NCBI GenBank assembly: GCA_964485755.1
Contig: CAZAKG010000001.1
Span: forward strand, 1-47,393
Length of the DNA: 47,393 nt
Source of the DNA: an uncultured Candidatus Bathyarchaeia archaeon
Lineage (GTDB): Archaea > Thermoproteota > Bathyarchaeia > TCS64
Direction: 5' to 3'
The translations under genes and the position numbers were made by a program. Under the pieces are notes generated by a model. It worked only from the letters and a program-made list of their open reading frames with translations, was not told the origin of the DNA and made no database searches. The number at the start of each line of letters is the position of its first letter. Within the stretch, counting starts at the first letter, position 1. Positions 1 to 8,579 of this stretch are shown in pieces.

Positions 1-2
1 GT

Positions 3-542
3 AGAATTGTCGACGCCTTTTTCGCCATTCTGTTCTTGTTCATTGCCTTCAGCAACCATATCGCAGTTACTGACACTTATGGACTTGCGGTGGTAACAGG
101 AAACCTGGTCACAATATTGATCGTGGGGCTGTTCTGGGTTTGGGAAGCCTACAGACCTCAGAACAATTATGTTTTCGATAGGCTTCCAGTGTGGAGATAC
201 TGGGTTCTGCCCTTTGCTTTCTTGGCTTTCTGGTCTCCAATAGATGCGCAGCTAAACCCTGATTTCAATCCGTTGCTGCTGCTCAATTCTTCCTTTGGCG
301 TCATGTACTGCTCCACGACGCCAGTTATAATAGCCCTCTTGACCTTAATCTATCCAAGAGTCAACACACATGTTCTCAGAACAACCAGTTTTGTTGGCCT
401 AATAGTTGGTCTGTTCAACGCCACGTCATATTTCATAATGCCGGGTTATACCCTATGGAATTTGGTTCTTCACACGCCACTCATCTTCATTTCACTGTAC
501 GGCTTGTTTATCCCAATCCTAGTGAAGAAGAACTTTTCCTGA
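3..542 (+). CDS. multi-pass membrane protein, 5' end probably outside the window
   Basis: The track ORF 36..542 starts at TTG, but the same frame is open back to nt 3 with no stop. The product is very hydrophobic (LVTILIVGLFWVW, WVLPFAFLAFW, PVIIALLTLIY, FVGLIVGLF, LIFISLYGLFIPIL). It ends at TGA. No family recognised. Confidence 0.6.
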   Translation, partial: RIVDAFFAILFLFIAFSNHIAVTDTYGLAVVTGNLVTILIVGLFWVWEAYRPQNNYVFDRLPVWRYWVLPFAFLAFWSPIDAQLNPDFNPLLLLNSSFGVMYCSTTPVIIALLTLIYPRVNTHVLRTTSFVGLIVGLFNATSYFIMPGYTLWNLVLHTPLIFISLYGLFIPILVKKNFS

Positions 543-614
543 CAAGAACCACATGAGGGAAGGGCAAGATAGAAGAGGGGAATCGCGGGAGCAAGTATCA
601 GTTTGATTCGGGGT

Positions 615-738
615 ATCATAATCTGCGAGTGTTACTCTCAATTATAATATTTACCAATTTTACGCGTAAACCTGTGTTCGAGTCCCTCCTCCCGCACCTA
701 TTATACTTGTAGATCTGCGAGAAAACCCTTCATAGATG
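615..738. repeat. short intergenic repeat family, cluster A (two ATCTGCGAG units plus a tRNA 3'-half-like segment)
   Basis: ATCTGCGAG occurs at 621-629 and 713-721. Positions 677-698 read TTCGAGT/CCCTC/CTCCCGC/A/CC, which has the 7/5/7/1 geometry of T-loop, T-stem 3' strand, acceptor 3' strand and discriminator. Related copies lie at 4847-4963, 6388-6414 and 8532-8562. The cluster sits in a convergent intergenic spacer. Confidence 0.6.
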
Positions 739-756
739 TGACTGAGCCGTAAGGGC

Positions 757-2364
757 TCAACCGCCCCCCGTGAATGAACGTTTCACGTACACGTACCATA
801 GTACGATTACACCAAGCACGACCCCATAGGAGAGGTAGAGTCTGAGGCTGGGTCCTAACGAATCTGAACCAGAGTTTGACGAATGCCCCTCGGACAGGTA
901 CGCCTCGTAGTCCATCACCCAGAGGAAACTGTCCACTGTTCCACGCAACGTACCCTGATAGGCATCATCTGATACAGGGAACTGCGCTGACTGGGTTTGC
1001 CCCACTATGTAGAGCTTACCGTCTGAGACGTACTGGCTGAACGGGTGCTCAAACGAGTAGCCGCCCAGGTACGAAGCGAGCTCTACCTCCTCGCCCCACA
1101 CCATGACGATGATCTCAGTGTAACCCATGTAATCGGACTGGAACGCGTTGACTGTGTCGAACCCGCCCGAATCGACGAAGCCGGTTACGAGGAGCCTCCC
1201 CGTTTCGTCGGTGTTAACTTGCAACAGTGAGTCCCAGCCCTCCTTGCCGTAGAACGTCGAGTAGAGTATCTCGTCTCCCGTGGCGCTCACCCGGCTCAGG
1301 AACCCGTCCACCTCCACGCCGCTGTACTGTGGCTGGAGAGCCTGCGAGGTCGCGGGGAAGTCGGGCGACCATGTCCTGCCGACCACGATGACCGTGTCTG
1401 ATAAGGGGTCGTATGCTATCCCGTAGATGTCATCCATGCCTGATCCGCCGAAATATGTGCCCATATCGTAGTTCCTGCTGGGGCCGACCTTGGCTATGAA
1501 GCCGTCCCGTTCCTCGCCCAGGCGCTCGGGCCTTACGCAGTCATCGGTGACTGGGAAGTCGTAGCTATAAGTGAACCCAGCAACGTACAGGGAGCCATCC
1601 GCGCCAACGGAGAGTTCGCTTATACTCTCTCGCTGGCTTCCGCCGAGGTACGTGGAGTAGATGGTGGTCTCCAGGTCCTCGGTGACGACCCTGATGAAGC
1701 CATCGGATTCTCCCGCCAGCTCCTGCTGGAACGCGTCGTCTGTGCAGTAATAATCCGGGGAGCTGGTTTCCCCGACAAGCACCAGGTTGCCGTCAGGGCC
1801 TTTTTCGACGTTCATTATCATATTCACTTCGTGTGGTGAGTAGATGCGTGAGTCGATCATGTCGCCGTTTGGAGTGTAGCGGGTGATGAAGCTGTTCCAA
1901 TCTTCACTAATTATTGAAGACCCATCTGTAACAGGGAAATCAATGGACTCTGTGTCTCCAACGACGATGATGTTGTCATGAGAGTCCACCTCGACGTTTT
2001 TCGCGCAGTCTAGATCAGCTCCGCCGAGATACGTGGACCACAGCAACTCGTAGCTGGAGGAGAGCTTCATTACTATGGTGTCGCCCATATTTTGCATGTG
2101 TTCCCCCTCGACTAATATTCCTCCACCGTAGGAGCCCTGATGAGCATTCCTCAGCGGGAAGTCATCAGAAAAAGTGCCTCCGACCACAATGATGTTTCCC
2201 TGGGAATCCTTTGTTATGTCATGTATCCGGTCGACATCTGAGCCTCCGATGAATGTGGAGTATATGTGATCGTTTGATTGCCCATGAACGTTGATGCATT
2301 GGGTGATCAGTGAGGTTAATGCGATGAGGATTGATGCGACGTGCACCGTGGATTTTATCTTCAT
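757..2364 (-). CDS. secreted, membrane-anchored beta-propeller repeat (SBBP-type) protein
   Basis: 535 aa. It has an N-terminal signal-like hydrophobic segment (VASILIALTSLITQC). About eight tandem repeats carry the pattern (S/T)(T/S)Y(L/F)GG..D......D..GN..V.G.T.S.DFP.T, typical of SBBP beta-propeller repeats. A C-terminal hydrophobic anchor VVLGVIVLWYVYV is followed by KR. Confidence 0.8.
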   Translation of the reverse strand: MKIKSTVHVASILIALTSLITQCINVHGQSNDHIYSTFIGGSDVDRIHDITKDSQGNIIVVGGTFSDDFPLRNAHQGSYGGGILVEGEHMQNMGDTIVMKLSSSYELLWSTYLGGADLDCAKNVEVDSHDNIIVVGDTESIDFPVTDGSSIISEDWNSFITRYTPNGDMIDSRIYSPHEVNMIMNVEKGPDGNLVLVGETSSPDYYCTDDAFQQELAGESDGFIRVVTEDLETTIYSTYLGGSQRESISELSVGADGSLYVAGFTYSYDFPVTDDCVRPERLGEERDGFIAKVGPSRNYDMGTYFGGSGMDDIYGIAYDPLSDTVIVVGRTWSPDFPATSQALQPQYSGVEVDGFLSRVSATGDEILYSTFYGKEGWDSLLQVNTDETGRLLVTGFVDSGGFDTVNAFQSDYMGYTEIIVMVWGEEVELASYLGGYSFEHPFSQYVSDGKLYIVGQTQSAQFPVSDDAYQGTLRGTVDSFLWVMDYEAYLSEGHSSNSGSDSLGPSLRLYLSYGVVLGVIVLWYVYVKRSFTGGG

Positions 2365-2374
2365 TTTTTTTCAC

Positions 2375-3514
2375 CTATATGTACTTTAACAGCGAGTCCG
2401 GGTGGGCTCGCTTCAGCTGGAGGTACCTCTTACAGAGCTGCCAGAGCACGATGTTCCCGACGACCCAGAAGATGAGGGTCTGCCACATCTCAAGGTAGAA
2501 TGGGGGCTCCGTGTAGGGGAGCCTGAGTCTGAACAGCCACAGATGGGTTATATAGAAGAACAGCGGAGTCGAACCAATGACCATCAGGGCATCAGACAGG
2601 GGGTTCTTGATCTCCCTCTCCTGAATCCAGAGCCCCACCGCCATGAACAGGCACATGCACCCTAGCCCCCAGAGCAGGAAAGCCACATCTGGGGGGTACT
2701 TGGATACGTAGAGCCAGTCAATGATGGTGTTCCCCCTGCGTGGCAGCAGGTTCCCATAGGAGTTCAACAAGCGGACCACGAAGAACAGCGCGATGGAGGA
2801 GACGCTGGTTAGGAGCAACGTGTTGCGCAGCTTTGGGAAGGGGACGCGGAGCTGCCTGACGGTTTCCCCAAAGCACCATCCCAGCCCCATCACGCCCACC
2901 CACGGGATGATGGGGTACAGCCCCACGTATGGCCAAGAGTTGAAATTGGGTTCATGCAGTATCACCCTGAGGTACATTGCGATGTCGGTGGTCGCGGGTA
3001 TCCAGCTCAGGCTCAGAGAGCCGTGAAACAGGACTATCACTAGGCTGATGAGCAGTATGATGTTCCTTGGCATACGCCTGTAGACGCTGAAAATGATGAA
3101 GCAGACCCCTATGCACGATATCACCCCGAAGTAGTATCGGGGCAGATCAAAGGCAGGCGCCTCCAGCAGAGCTGCCAGGATGAGCAGGACGAGTCCGCGG
3201 ACCACAATGTGAAGGGAGGTGTCTCCCTGAGACGCCCCGCCTTCAATTCGCTTCGCCGTACTTAACGCGAGCACGGTCCCAGCCAGGAAGATGAACGTGG
3301 GAGCGCACCAGTGGCTCACGAACCGTTCAAGGAACCAGAGGGTGCTTGGGAAGGGGGGCATCTGCCCGAGTATACCCTCCCCGCCGTGGTGCAGCTCGTG
3401 CCAGAAGCCTGAGACGTGGTCCCAGGCCATCACGACCATCACCAGGCCCCGCGTAAAGTCTATGAACTGCAGCCTGCCAGAACCGCTGAAAAGCCTCGAA
3501 TCAGCCATCTTCAT
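2375..3514 (-). CDS. DUF1624 / heparan-alpha-glucosaminide N-acetyltransferase-like integral membrane protein
   Basis: 379 aa with about 9-10 hydrophobic helices. The N-terminal FIDFTRGLVMVVMAWDHV matches the D-x-x-RG...M..DH signature of this acyltransferase-like family. It lies 10 nt upstream of the SBBP gene on the same strand, so they are probably an operon. Confidence 0.7.
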   Translation of the reverse strand: MKMADSRLFSGSGRLQFIDFTRGLVMVVMAWDHVSGFWHELHHGGEGILGQMPPFPSTLWFLERFVSHWCAPTFIFLAGTVLALSTAKRIEGGASQGDTSLHIVVRGLVLLILAALLEAPAFDLPRYYFGVISCIGVCFIIFSVYRRMPRNIILLISLVIVLFHGSLSLSWIPATTDIAMYLRVILHEPNFNSWPYVGLYPIIPWVGVMGLGWCFGETVRQLRVPFPKLRNTLLLTSVSSIALFFVVRLLNSYGNLLPRRGNTIIDWLYVSKYPPDVAFLLWGLGCMCLFMAVGLWIQEREIKNPLSDALMVIGSTPLFFYITHLWLFRLRLPYTEPPFYLEMWQTLIFWVVGNIVLWQLCKRYLQLKRAHPDSLLKYI

Positions 3515-3583
3515 ACTCCCAGTTTAACTGGAAGCGATACGCGGAAACCTTATAGCTACAGTATCTGAAACCGTTTGCCAAAA

Positions 3584-4105
3584 CTATTTCAGGACGATAA
3601 TATTACCCATGCCCCTTCTGCGGCGCTCCACGTAGCCCCTGCTCTCGAGGAGGTCCAGGGCTCTGCTCACGTTAGACTTGGAGACCCCGGTCAGGTCGCT
3701 GAGTTCACTTTGGGCGATGATTCCCTCGGAGGAGAGGACCGCCTGAAACACCCTCTGCTCGTCGTCTTTCAGAGTGGGCAATATTTTTTCGTACCCGTTT
3801 TTCTTGCTGTTGAAGTTTAGGTCTCCGGCGGCCACTCCCTCATCGTGTAGCAGGAGGTAGGTCCCGCTGATGCCTGCCAGGAAAGTTGACGCAACGAGAA
3901 TCACCACGTCGTAGAGGGAGTAGCTCCTCAGCACATGACTGAGCACCGTCTCCTCGCCCTCCAGAAAGATGTGGATCTCAGTGGGGTTCATCAACTTGAG
4001 GGCGATGATGAAGACGGATACCATGAAGAGGCAGGCGACGAGCAGTACCCTCCCCCGCGCACCGATCCCTTTCAAAGTCATCCCACCGCCTGCATCAGTT
4101 CTCAC
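3584..4105 (-). CDS. membrane-anchored winged-helix (MarR/TrmB-like) transcriptional regulator
   Basis: 173 aa. Two N-terminal hydrophobic helices (VLLVACLFMVSVFIIAL, VVILVASTFLAGISGTYLLL) are followed by a C-terminal wHTH, SELSDLTGVSKSNVSRALDLLESRGYVERRRRG. The GTG start overlaps the TAG stop of the upstream gene by 1 nt. Confidence 0.7.
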   Translation of the reverse strand: MRTDAGGGMTLKGIGARGRVLLVACLFMVSVFIIALKLMNPTEIHIFLEGEETVLSHVLRSYSLYDVVILVASTFLAGISGTYLLLHDEGVAAGDLNFNSKKNGYEKILPTLKDDEQRVFQAVLSSEGIIAQSELSDLTGVSKSNVSRALDLLESRGYVERRRRGMGNIIVLK

Positions 4106-4737
4106 TACTTGTACTCAAATTGGATTTCGCGGACCTCTTTGACGTATTTCTCCTTCAAGTCATACATAACCACATAGTGCTTGCCTTCCGCTGTGAGGAC
4201 GTAGCCTGATATCGTGGTCGTCCCATCCTTGTGGATCATGGTGACGACGCCGTTGATGGCGAACTCCGAGTCGTGTATCTTTGACAGCACCCTGACGTCG
4301 CTCACGGATTTACTGAACAGAGAGTACGCCTCGAGAAGGATCGTGTTCTCGTACTGTCTCTGGTACGTCTCCAGATTTGAAGCGAGAACGGTGGCCCTTC
4401 TAGCGGGTATGTAGACGGCGTATTGGCCGTCCTCTGTGCGTTCAAGCCTGAAGCCTTGAGAATAGGATGGCACAGCCACGATGGACACAGACTCGTAGTA
4501 CAGGTACTTGCTGTGGACCGAGCTGGCGGGCAACGTGTAGTTGAACACCACCCTGTCCCTGATGAACTCCGCCACCCAGACGGTGCCGTCGGGGTTAGTG
4601 CCGACCTTGCCCGTGGTCACATGGTGCGTCAGTGGCGGCTCCTTCTCCATGTACCAGGTAACGGCCGATGCTAGCAAAGCGCCTGCTATCAGTAGAGCTA
4701 GGATAACTAGAAACCTATTCTTTAACTCAAGCACCAT
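4105..4737 (-). CDS. hypothetical N-terminally anchored protein
   Basis: 210 aa with a single N-terminal TM helix (FLVILALLIAGALLASAV) followed by a beta-rich soluble domain. It is translationally coupled to the wHTH gene. No family recognised. Confidence 0.6.
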   Translation of the reverse strand: MVLELKNRFLVILALLIAGALLASAVTWYMEKEPPLTHHVTTGKVGTNPDGTVWVAEFIRDRVVFNYTLPASSVHSKYLYYESVSIVAVPSYSQGFRLERTEDGQYAVYIPARRATVLASNLETYQRQYENTILLEAYSLFSKSVSDVRVLSKIHDSEFAINGVVTMIHKDGTTTISGYVLTAEGKHYVVMYDLKEKYVKEVREIQFEYK

Positions 4738-4846
4738 GCAACATCAGTTAACAGATTATTCGTCGAACTCCTTAATAGTATAAATATATGAAAACAGTTT
4801 CCAAAAGCCATTCATGATAACATAGGATTCATTCTTATTGTTGTGA

Positions 4847-4963
4847 GTCTGCGAAGGGAAAAGCAGAGTTCCTCCGGCCCGAACATCTATGAAGTAGTGT
4901 ATGAAGATAGGGAAAAATAAGGCACATAGCCTGTATATCTGCGAGAAGCCCCTCATCCCGCAC
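4847..4963. repeat. short intergenic repeat family, cluster B (two units)
   Basis: B1 (4847-4884) reads GTCTGCGAAG..CCTCCGGCCCGAAC. B2 (4937-4963) reads ATCTGCGAGAAGCCCCTCATCCCGCAC. B2 matches 713-733 (ATCTGCGAGAAAACCCTTCAT) and the CCCTCCTCCCGCAC end of 684-697. The cluster lies in a very A+T-rich 300-nt divergent spacer. Confidence 0.6.
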
Positions 4964-5040
4964 AAAATTACGATTAAGAGTAAAAGTGCGCGCGTACAGG
5001 GGATAAGAATTTATGACAACTTTAGGTAATACTATACGTC

Positions 5041-6318
5041 TTGTCTAATAACGTTTTGATCGTCGGCTCTGGTGTAGGCGGGGCCACCGTCGCGAAGGAG
5101 TTATCCGAGCGAGGTGAAAAAGTCACTATTCTTGAAGCAGGCGCCTACCCGAAGATAGGTACGGAGTGGAAAGCCACAAAGTTCTACACTGGGGGGGTCT
5201 TTGGCCCAGGCGAGTTCTCGGTCGACAAAGTTGAGATACTGAGAACAATCATGGTCGGGGGTTCGTCGGTGGTAACCATAGGTAATGGCGTGAGGACTCT
5301 GCAGAGCGAGTTCAGGTCCCGTGGCATAGACCTCGACGAGGAGTTCAAGGAGGCTGAATCTGAGCTCAAGATAACTCCGTGCCCGGAGGAGAACATGGGT
5401 GAAAGAACCAAACTGCTCAGCAAGGCTTCGGAGGAGCTGGGATTCGACTGTAAGCCGATGCCCAAGTTCATTGATTTCTCGAGATGCGTCGGATGCGGTG
5501 GCTGTGCAGTCGGCTGCGTACACGGGGCGAAGTGGTCGTCTCGTAACTATCTAGGTAAATCCTTTAAGAATGGGGCCAAGTTGAAGATGGATCACCGGGT
5601 TTTGGAGGTAATTCACAAGGGCGGACAGGTGAAGGGGGTTAAAGTGCAGACCCCGGAGGGTGTCAAGGAAATAGAGTCAGGCACCGTCATTCTGTCGGCG
5701 GGAGGCATCGGGACCCCGATAATAATGCAGAACTCCGGTCTGGAGGCAGGCAGCCACCTGTTCGCTGACACATTCGTCAACACCTTCGGCGTCGTAAGAG
5801 AGGCCGCGTTTAGAAGCGAGTTAGGGATGGCCACCATCATCGACGAGTTCCATGACTCGGAGGGGTACATCTTATCGCCTTTCATGGAAGGCCCCCTCGA
5901 CGTCCTCACCGACCGGATTCCCCTAGCCAGGAAACTGATCATCCGGAATCTGAGAAATGTAATGGGGGTCATGGCTAAAACTAGGGACTCGCCAAACGGA
6001 AAGGTGAACGCTGACGGCTCCATTCTGAAGCCGGTCCCGGAGATAGACCAGGCCAAGATAGACAAGGGCTACGAGAAATCCAAGCTCCTCTTGGAGACAG
6101 CCGGCGCGGACCCTAAAACCATTTTTAGAACCCACGTTAGAGCCGCGCATCCCGGCGGAACCGCTGCTGTTGGCTGTGAAATAGACAAGAACCTCGAGAC
6201 AGAAGTCTCCGGCCTCTACGTCTGCGATTGCAGCGCTTTCCCTGACACCCCTGGAAAGCCTCCGGTGTTAACGATCATTGCATTGGCCAAGTATCTCGCT
6301 AAAAAGATGGCTCTGTAG
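5041..6318 (+). CDS. FAD-dependent GMC-family oxidoreductase
   Basis: 425 aa. The N-terminal Rossmann FAD motif is VLIVGSGVGGATVAKELSERGEKVTILEAG. The C-terminal RAAHPGGTAAVG resembles the GMC active-site region. The track uses a TTG start, and the stop is TAG. Confidence 0.75.
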   Translation: MSNNVLIVGSGVGGATVAKELSERGEKVTILEAGAYPKIGTEWKATKFYTGGVFGPGEFSVDKVEILRTIMVGGSSVVTIGNGVRTLQSEFRSRGIDLDEEFKEAESELKITPCPEENMGERTKLLSKASEELGFDCKPMPKFIDFSRCVGCGGCAVGCVHGAKWSSRNYLGKSFKNGAKLKMDHRVLEVIHKGGQVKGVKVQTPEGVKEIESGTVILSAGGIGTPIIMQNSGLEAGSHLFADTFVNTFGVVREAAFRSELGMATIIDEFHDSEGYILSPFMEGPLDVLTDRIPLARKLIIRNLRNVMGVMAKTRDSPNGKVNADGSILKPVPEIDQAKIDKGYEKSKLLLETAGADPKTIFRTHVRAAHPGGTAAVGCEIDKNLETEVSGLYVCDCSAFPDTPGKPPVLTIIALAKYLAKKMAL

Positions 6319-6387
6319 AAGCCTCTCTTGGCACATGAACAACAGCACGAACCCACGAAGCGGCAACAACCATTTGAATTGTTAATT

Positions 6388-6414
6388 TATACACGAGTCC
6401 CTCCCCCCAGCAAC
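6388..6414. repeat. short intergenic repeat family, copy D
   Basis: TATACACGAGTCCCTCCCCCCAGCAAC shares the 11-mer CGAGTCCCTCC with 680-690 and the overall unit layout. It lies in a convergent spacer. Confidence 0.45.
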
Positions 6415-6520
6415 TTTTCACCGGTAAATCAGTGTGAAAATCCACCTTAAGAAACGTCATGAGCATAAGAGGCAACTCCAGACTTCCTCTTCGCCTGACC
6501 CCAAATATGGTGAATAGACC

Positions 6521-7222
6521 TTAAGGTATTGAGAAACGACCCTCTAAGGGAAGATTGATCTCCAGTTTCTCTATGGTTGCCGTTAACCGTGAAACCCCAT
6601 CCCTACCCGGGTACGTGAACTTGTGCGGGTAAATGAATCCATCAACCGTCCTGTAGTCACTGTAGACACGCTCCGTGTGATGCGCTTCCTCATAGAGGGT
6701 GAAATCAGCGGTGGCCTTGAGGACAAGATCAGTCTCCACTTCAATGTAATACGTCATGATGGCTCCTAACGGCAGGGTCACCTCGACCTCGTATGTCTGC
6801 ACGCCGTTCACGGTCTGGGCTCCAAGGTATTCAGCCGGGTAGTCGAAGAAGGCTGGGAAATACCATGCGATATCGATCTCGTTGTCCTTCCACTCCTCCT
6901 CCGGGATGGGTTCAAGCGAGTTTAGTAGGGCACAGTAAGAGCCGTTCCACACAAGGCTTTCCCCCAGTCTCTCCATGTTGGGTCGCCTAATTTCCGTGTG
7001 TAGAGTTCCGTGGTCTGGCCAGTTCTGGGTTATCCGAAGAGTCTGAAGGTCTTCAATTACTTCTGTTCCACCCATTGCCTCTGCGCAGGCTTCCACGATT
7101 TCTTCAACGTTATCATACCTTGGCTGAATTATGATATGCTCTTGTTCTCTATTCTGGTTGAAATAGAGGAACCCCAATGAAGATAAAGCAATGATGAAGA
7201 GGACTGGAATAACTCTTCTCAT
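6521..7222 (-). CDS. hypothetical secreted protein
   Basis: 233 aa with an N-terminal signal-like segment (VIPVLFIIALSSLGFLYF). G+C is lower than in the genes to its right. No catalytic motif recognised. Confidence 0.6.
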   Translation of the reverse strand: MRRVIPVLFIIALSSLGFLYFNQNREQEHIIIQPRYDNVEEIVEACAEAMGGTEVIEDLQTLRITQNWPDHGTLHTEIRRPNMERLGESLVWNGSYCALLNSLEPIPEEEWKDNEIDIAWYFPAFFDYPAEYLGAQTVNGVQTYEVEVTLPLGAIMTYYIEVETDLVLKATADFTLYEEAHHTERVYSDYRTVDGFIYPHKFTYPGRDGVSRLTATIEKLEINLPLEGRFSIP

Positions 7223-7332
7223 GGTTTTAGCTTCAAGGCGGATTAATAAATTAATTTTGAATCAACGTTTTATGGAAAACAGTAATGATGGTTTGACTGA
7301 TGTATGCTTTTTTGGTAGAAAATATGCGACGA

Positions 7333-8466
7333 TTAATAGTAGAGGGAGCCGGTGGGGGCCTCCACGGCGTACTTCTCAACCACATCCCAGTCCACCTCGA
7401 AGCCCAGCCCAGGCCTGTCGGGGGCCGTGACGTATCCATCAACCGGCCTATAAGCCGGGGTGATGAAAAAAGCCTCCAGTGGAACCGCGTTTATCTCCAC
7501 CCACTCGCTCCTCACGTTGCTCAGGCTCAGGTGCACAGCGGCGGGGACGCCTGGCCCGAAGAAGAAGCTGTGCGTGGCTATGCCGAGGTTCCAGGCCTCC
7601 GCGAGGGCGAATATCTTCTTACACGTTGAGATGCCGCCTGTCATGATCACGTCCGGCTGGATGATGTCCACCGCGTTCTGGGTTATCAGGTTCCTGAACC
7701 CGTGGTGGGTGTGCTCGTTCTCGCCGCCGGCGATGGGTATGCTGGTCTTCTCCCTGAGCCTCGCCAGGCTGCCGTAGTCGTCCACGGGCCAGATGGGCTC
7801 CTCCAGCCACGTGAGGTCGTACCGTTCAAGTGCCTTGGCGTTTTTAGCTGCCTCCATGGGCGTCCACGCGCCGTTCACGTCGAGCATGACCTCCACGTCG
7901 TCGCCGACGGCGTCCCTCACCGCCTTCGTGGACTCCACCGCGTCGCTTCCCCCCTGATGGATCTTCACCGCCTTGTACCCCTCTTCGACCCACTGAACCG
8001 ATATCTTTCCAACTTCCTCGGGTTTACGGTACTCCATCAGGCTCGCGTAGGCCTTGATCTTGTCCCTGCACAGGCCGCCGATCATCTCGTAGACGGGCAG
8101 CTTCCTGGCCTTCCCGATGATGTCCCATAGGGCGACCTCGACCGCGCTCAGCGCGTACAGCGAGATGCCTCTGATGCCGTGGCCGAAGCTCACCCTGTAG
8201 GCCTTGTCCCAGAGCCGTTCAACGTGCATCGGGTTCTCCCCCACCAGCAGGGGCTTCAGCTGCTGCTCGATGTAGCCGCCCACGGAGCCGTAGGTGTATG
8301 GGATGGACTCCCCGTACCCTTTTATGCCCTCGTCTGTGGAGACCTCGACGAGTATGTGCACCCTTCTGCGGTTGGGGTAGGCTGAGACGGGTGACCCCTC
8401 TTTCAACGGTATCTTGAGGGCTATGGTCCTGATGTCGGTGATCTTCAACCTTGCTACCTCCAACAT
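7333..8466 (-). CDS. enolase-superfamily enzyme (mandelate racemase/muconate lactonizing enzyme family, sugar-acid dehydratase-like)
   Basis: 377 aa with a capping domain plus TIM barrel. Metal-ligand contexts are MLDVNGAW, LTWLEEP and IAGGENEH, as expected for MR/MLE members. A TATA-like CTTATAAT lies about 25 nt upstream of the ATG on the minus strand. Confidence 0.85.
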   Translation of the reverse strand: MLEVARLKITDIRTIALKIPLKEGSPVSAYPNRRRVHILVEVSTDEGIKGYGESIPYTYGSVGGYIEQQLKPLLVGENPMHVERLWDKAYRVSFGHGIRGISLYALSAVEVALWDIIGKARKLPVYEMIGGLCRDKIKAYASLMEYRKPEEVGKISVQWVEEGYKAVKIHQGGSDAVESTKAVRDAVGDDVEVMLDVNGAWTPMEAAKNAKALERYDLTWLEEPIWPVDDYGSLARLREKTSIPIAGGENEHTHHGFRNLITQNAVDIIQPDVIMTGGISTCKKIFALAEAWNLGIATHSFFFGPGVPAAVHLSLSNVRSEWVEINAVPLEAFFITPAYRPVDGYVTAPDRPGLGFEVDWDVVEKYAVEAPTGSLYY

Positions 8467-8531
8467 TGTACCGGTTTAGGGGATTATAAGTTAGGGTAAA
8501 AGTCGCGGTTCATGCAGTGCTCTTATTGCCA

Positions 8532-8562
8532 TAAACCTGTGTTCTGGCCTCCTAACACACCC
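8532..8562. repeat. short intergenic repeat family, copy C
   Basis: TAAACCTGTGTTCTGGCCTCCTAACACACC shares the 13-mer TAAACCTGTGTTC with 667-679, and about 26 of 32 positions overall. It contains the hairpin TGTGTT(8538-8543)/AACACA(8554-8559). Confidence 0.5.
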
Positions 8563-8579
8563 CGAGCTTCAATGGGGGA

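Noticed and set aside
585-699. A possible intron-containing tRNA. GCGGGAG at 585-591 is complementary to the acceptor-like CTCCCGC at 689-695, with an A/T-rich intron-like stretch between them.
   Set aside because: I could not fold a D arm or an anticodon arm. The 5 nt before the T-loop-like TTCGAGT (CTGTG) do not pair with CCCTC, and positions 8-9 are CA. The region is better explained as a repeat or tRNA 3' fragment, and the 7-mer complement can be chance.
4756-4965. The 69-aa ORF (-) in the A/T-rich divergent spacer.
   Set aside because: It is composed largely of the intergenic repeat units and A/T-rich promoter DNA, and the translation is odd (FFPIFIHYFID, NNKNESYVIM). It is more likely non-coding.
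7283-7302. A C/D-box sRNA, suggested by AATGATGG followed by CTGA.
   Set aside because: The D-like box lies only 6 nt after the C-like box and no C' or D pair follows. The stretch lies in the A/T-rich promoter region of the 6521..7222 gene.
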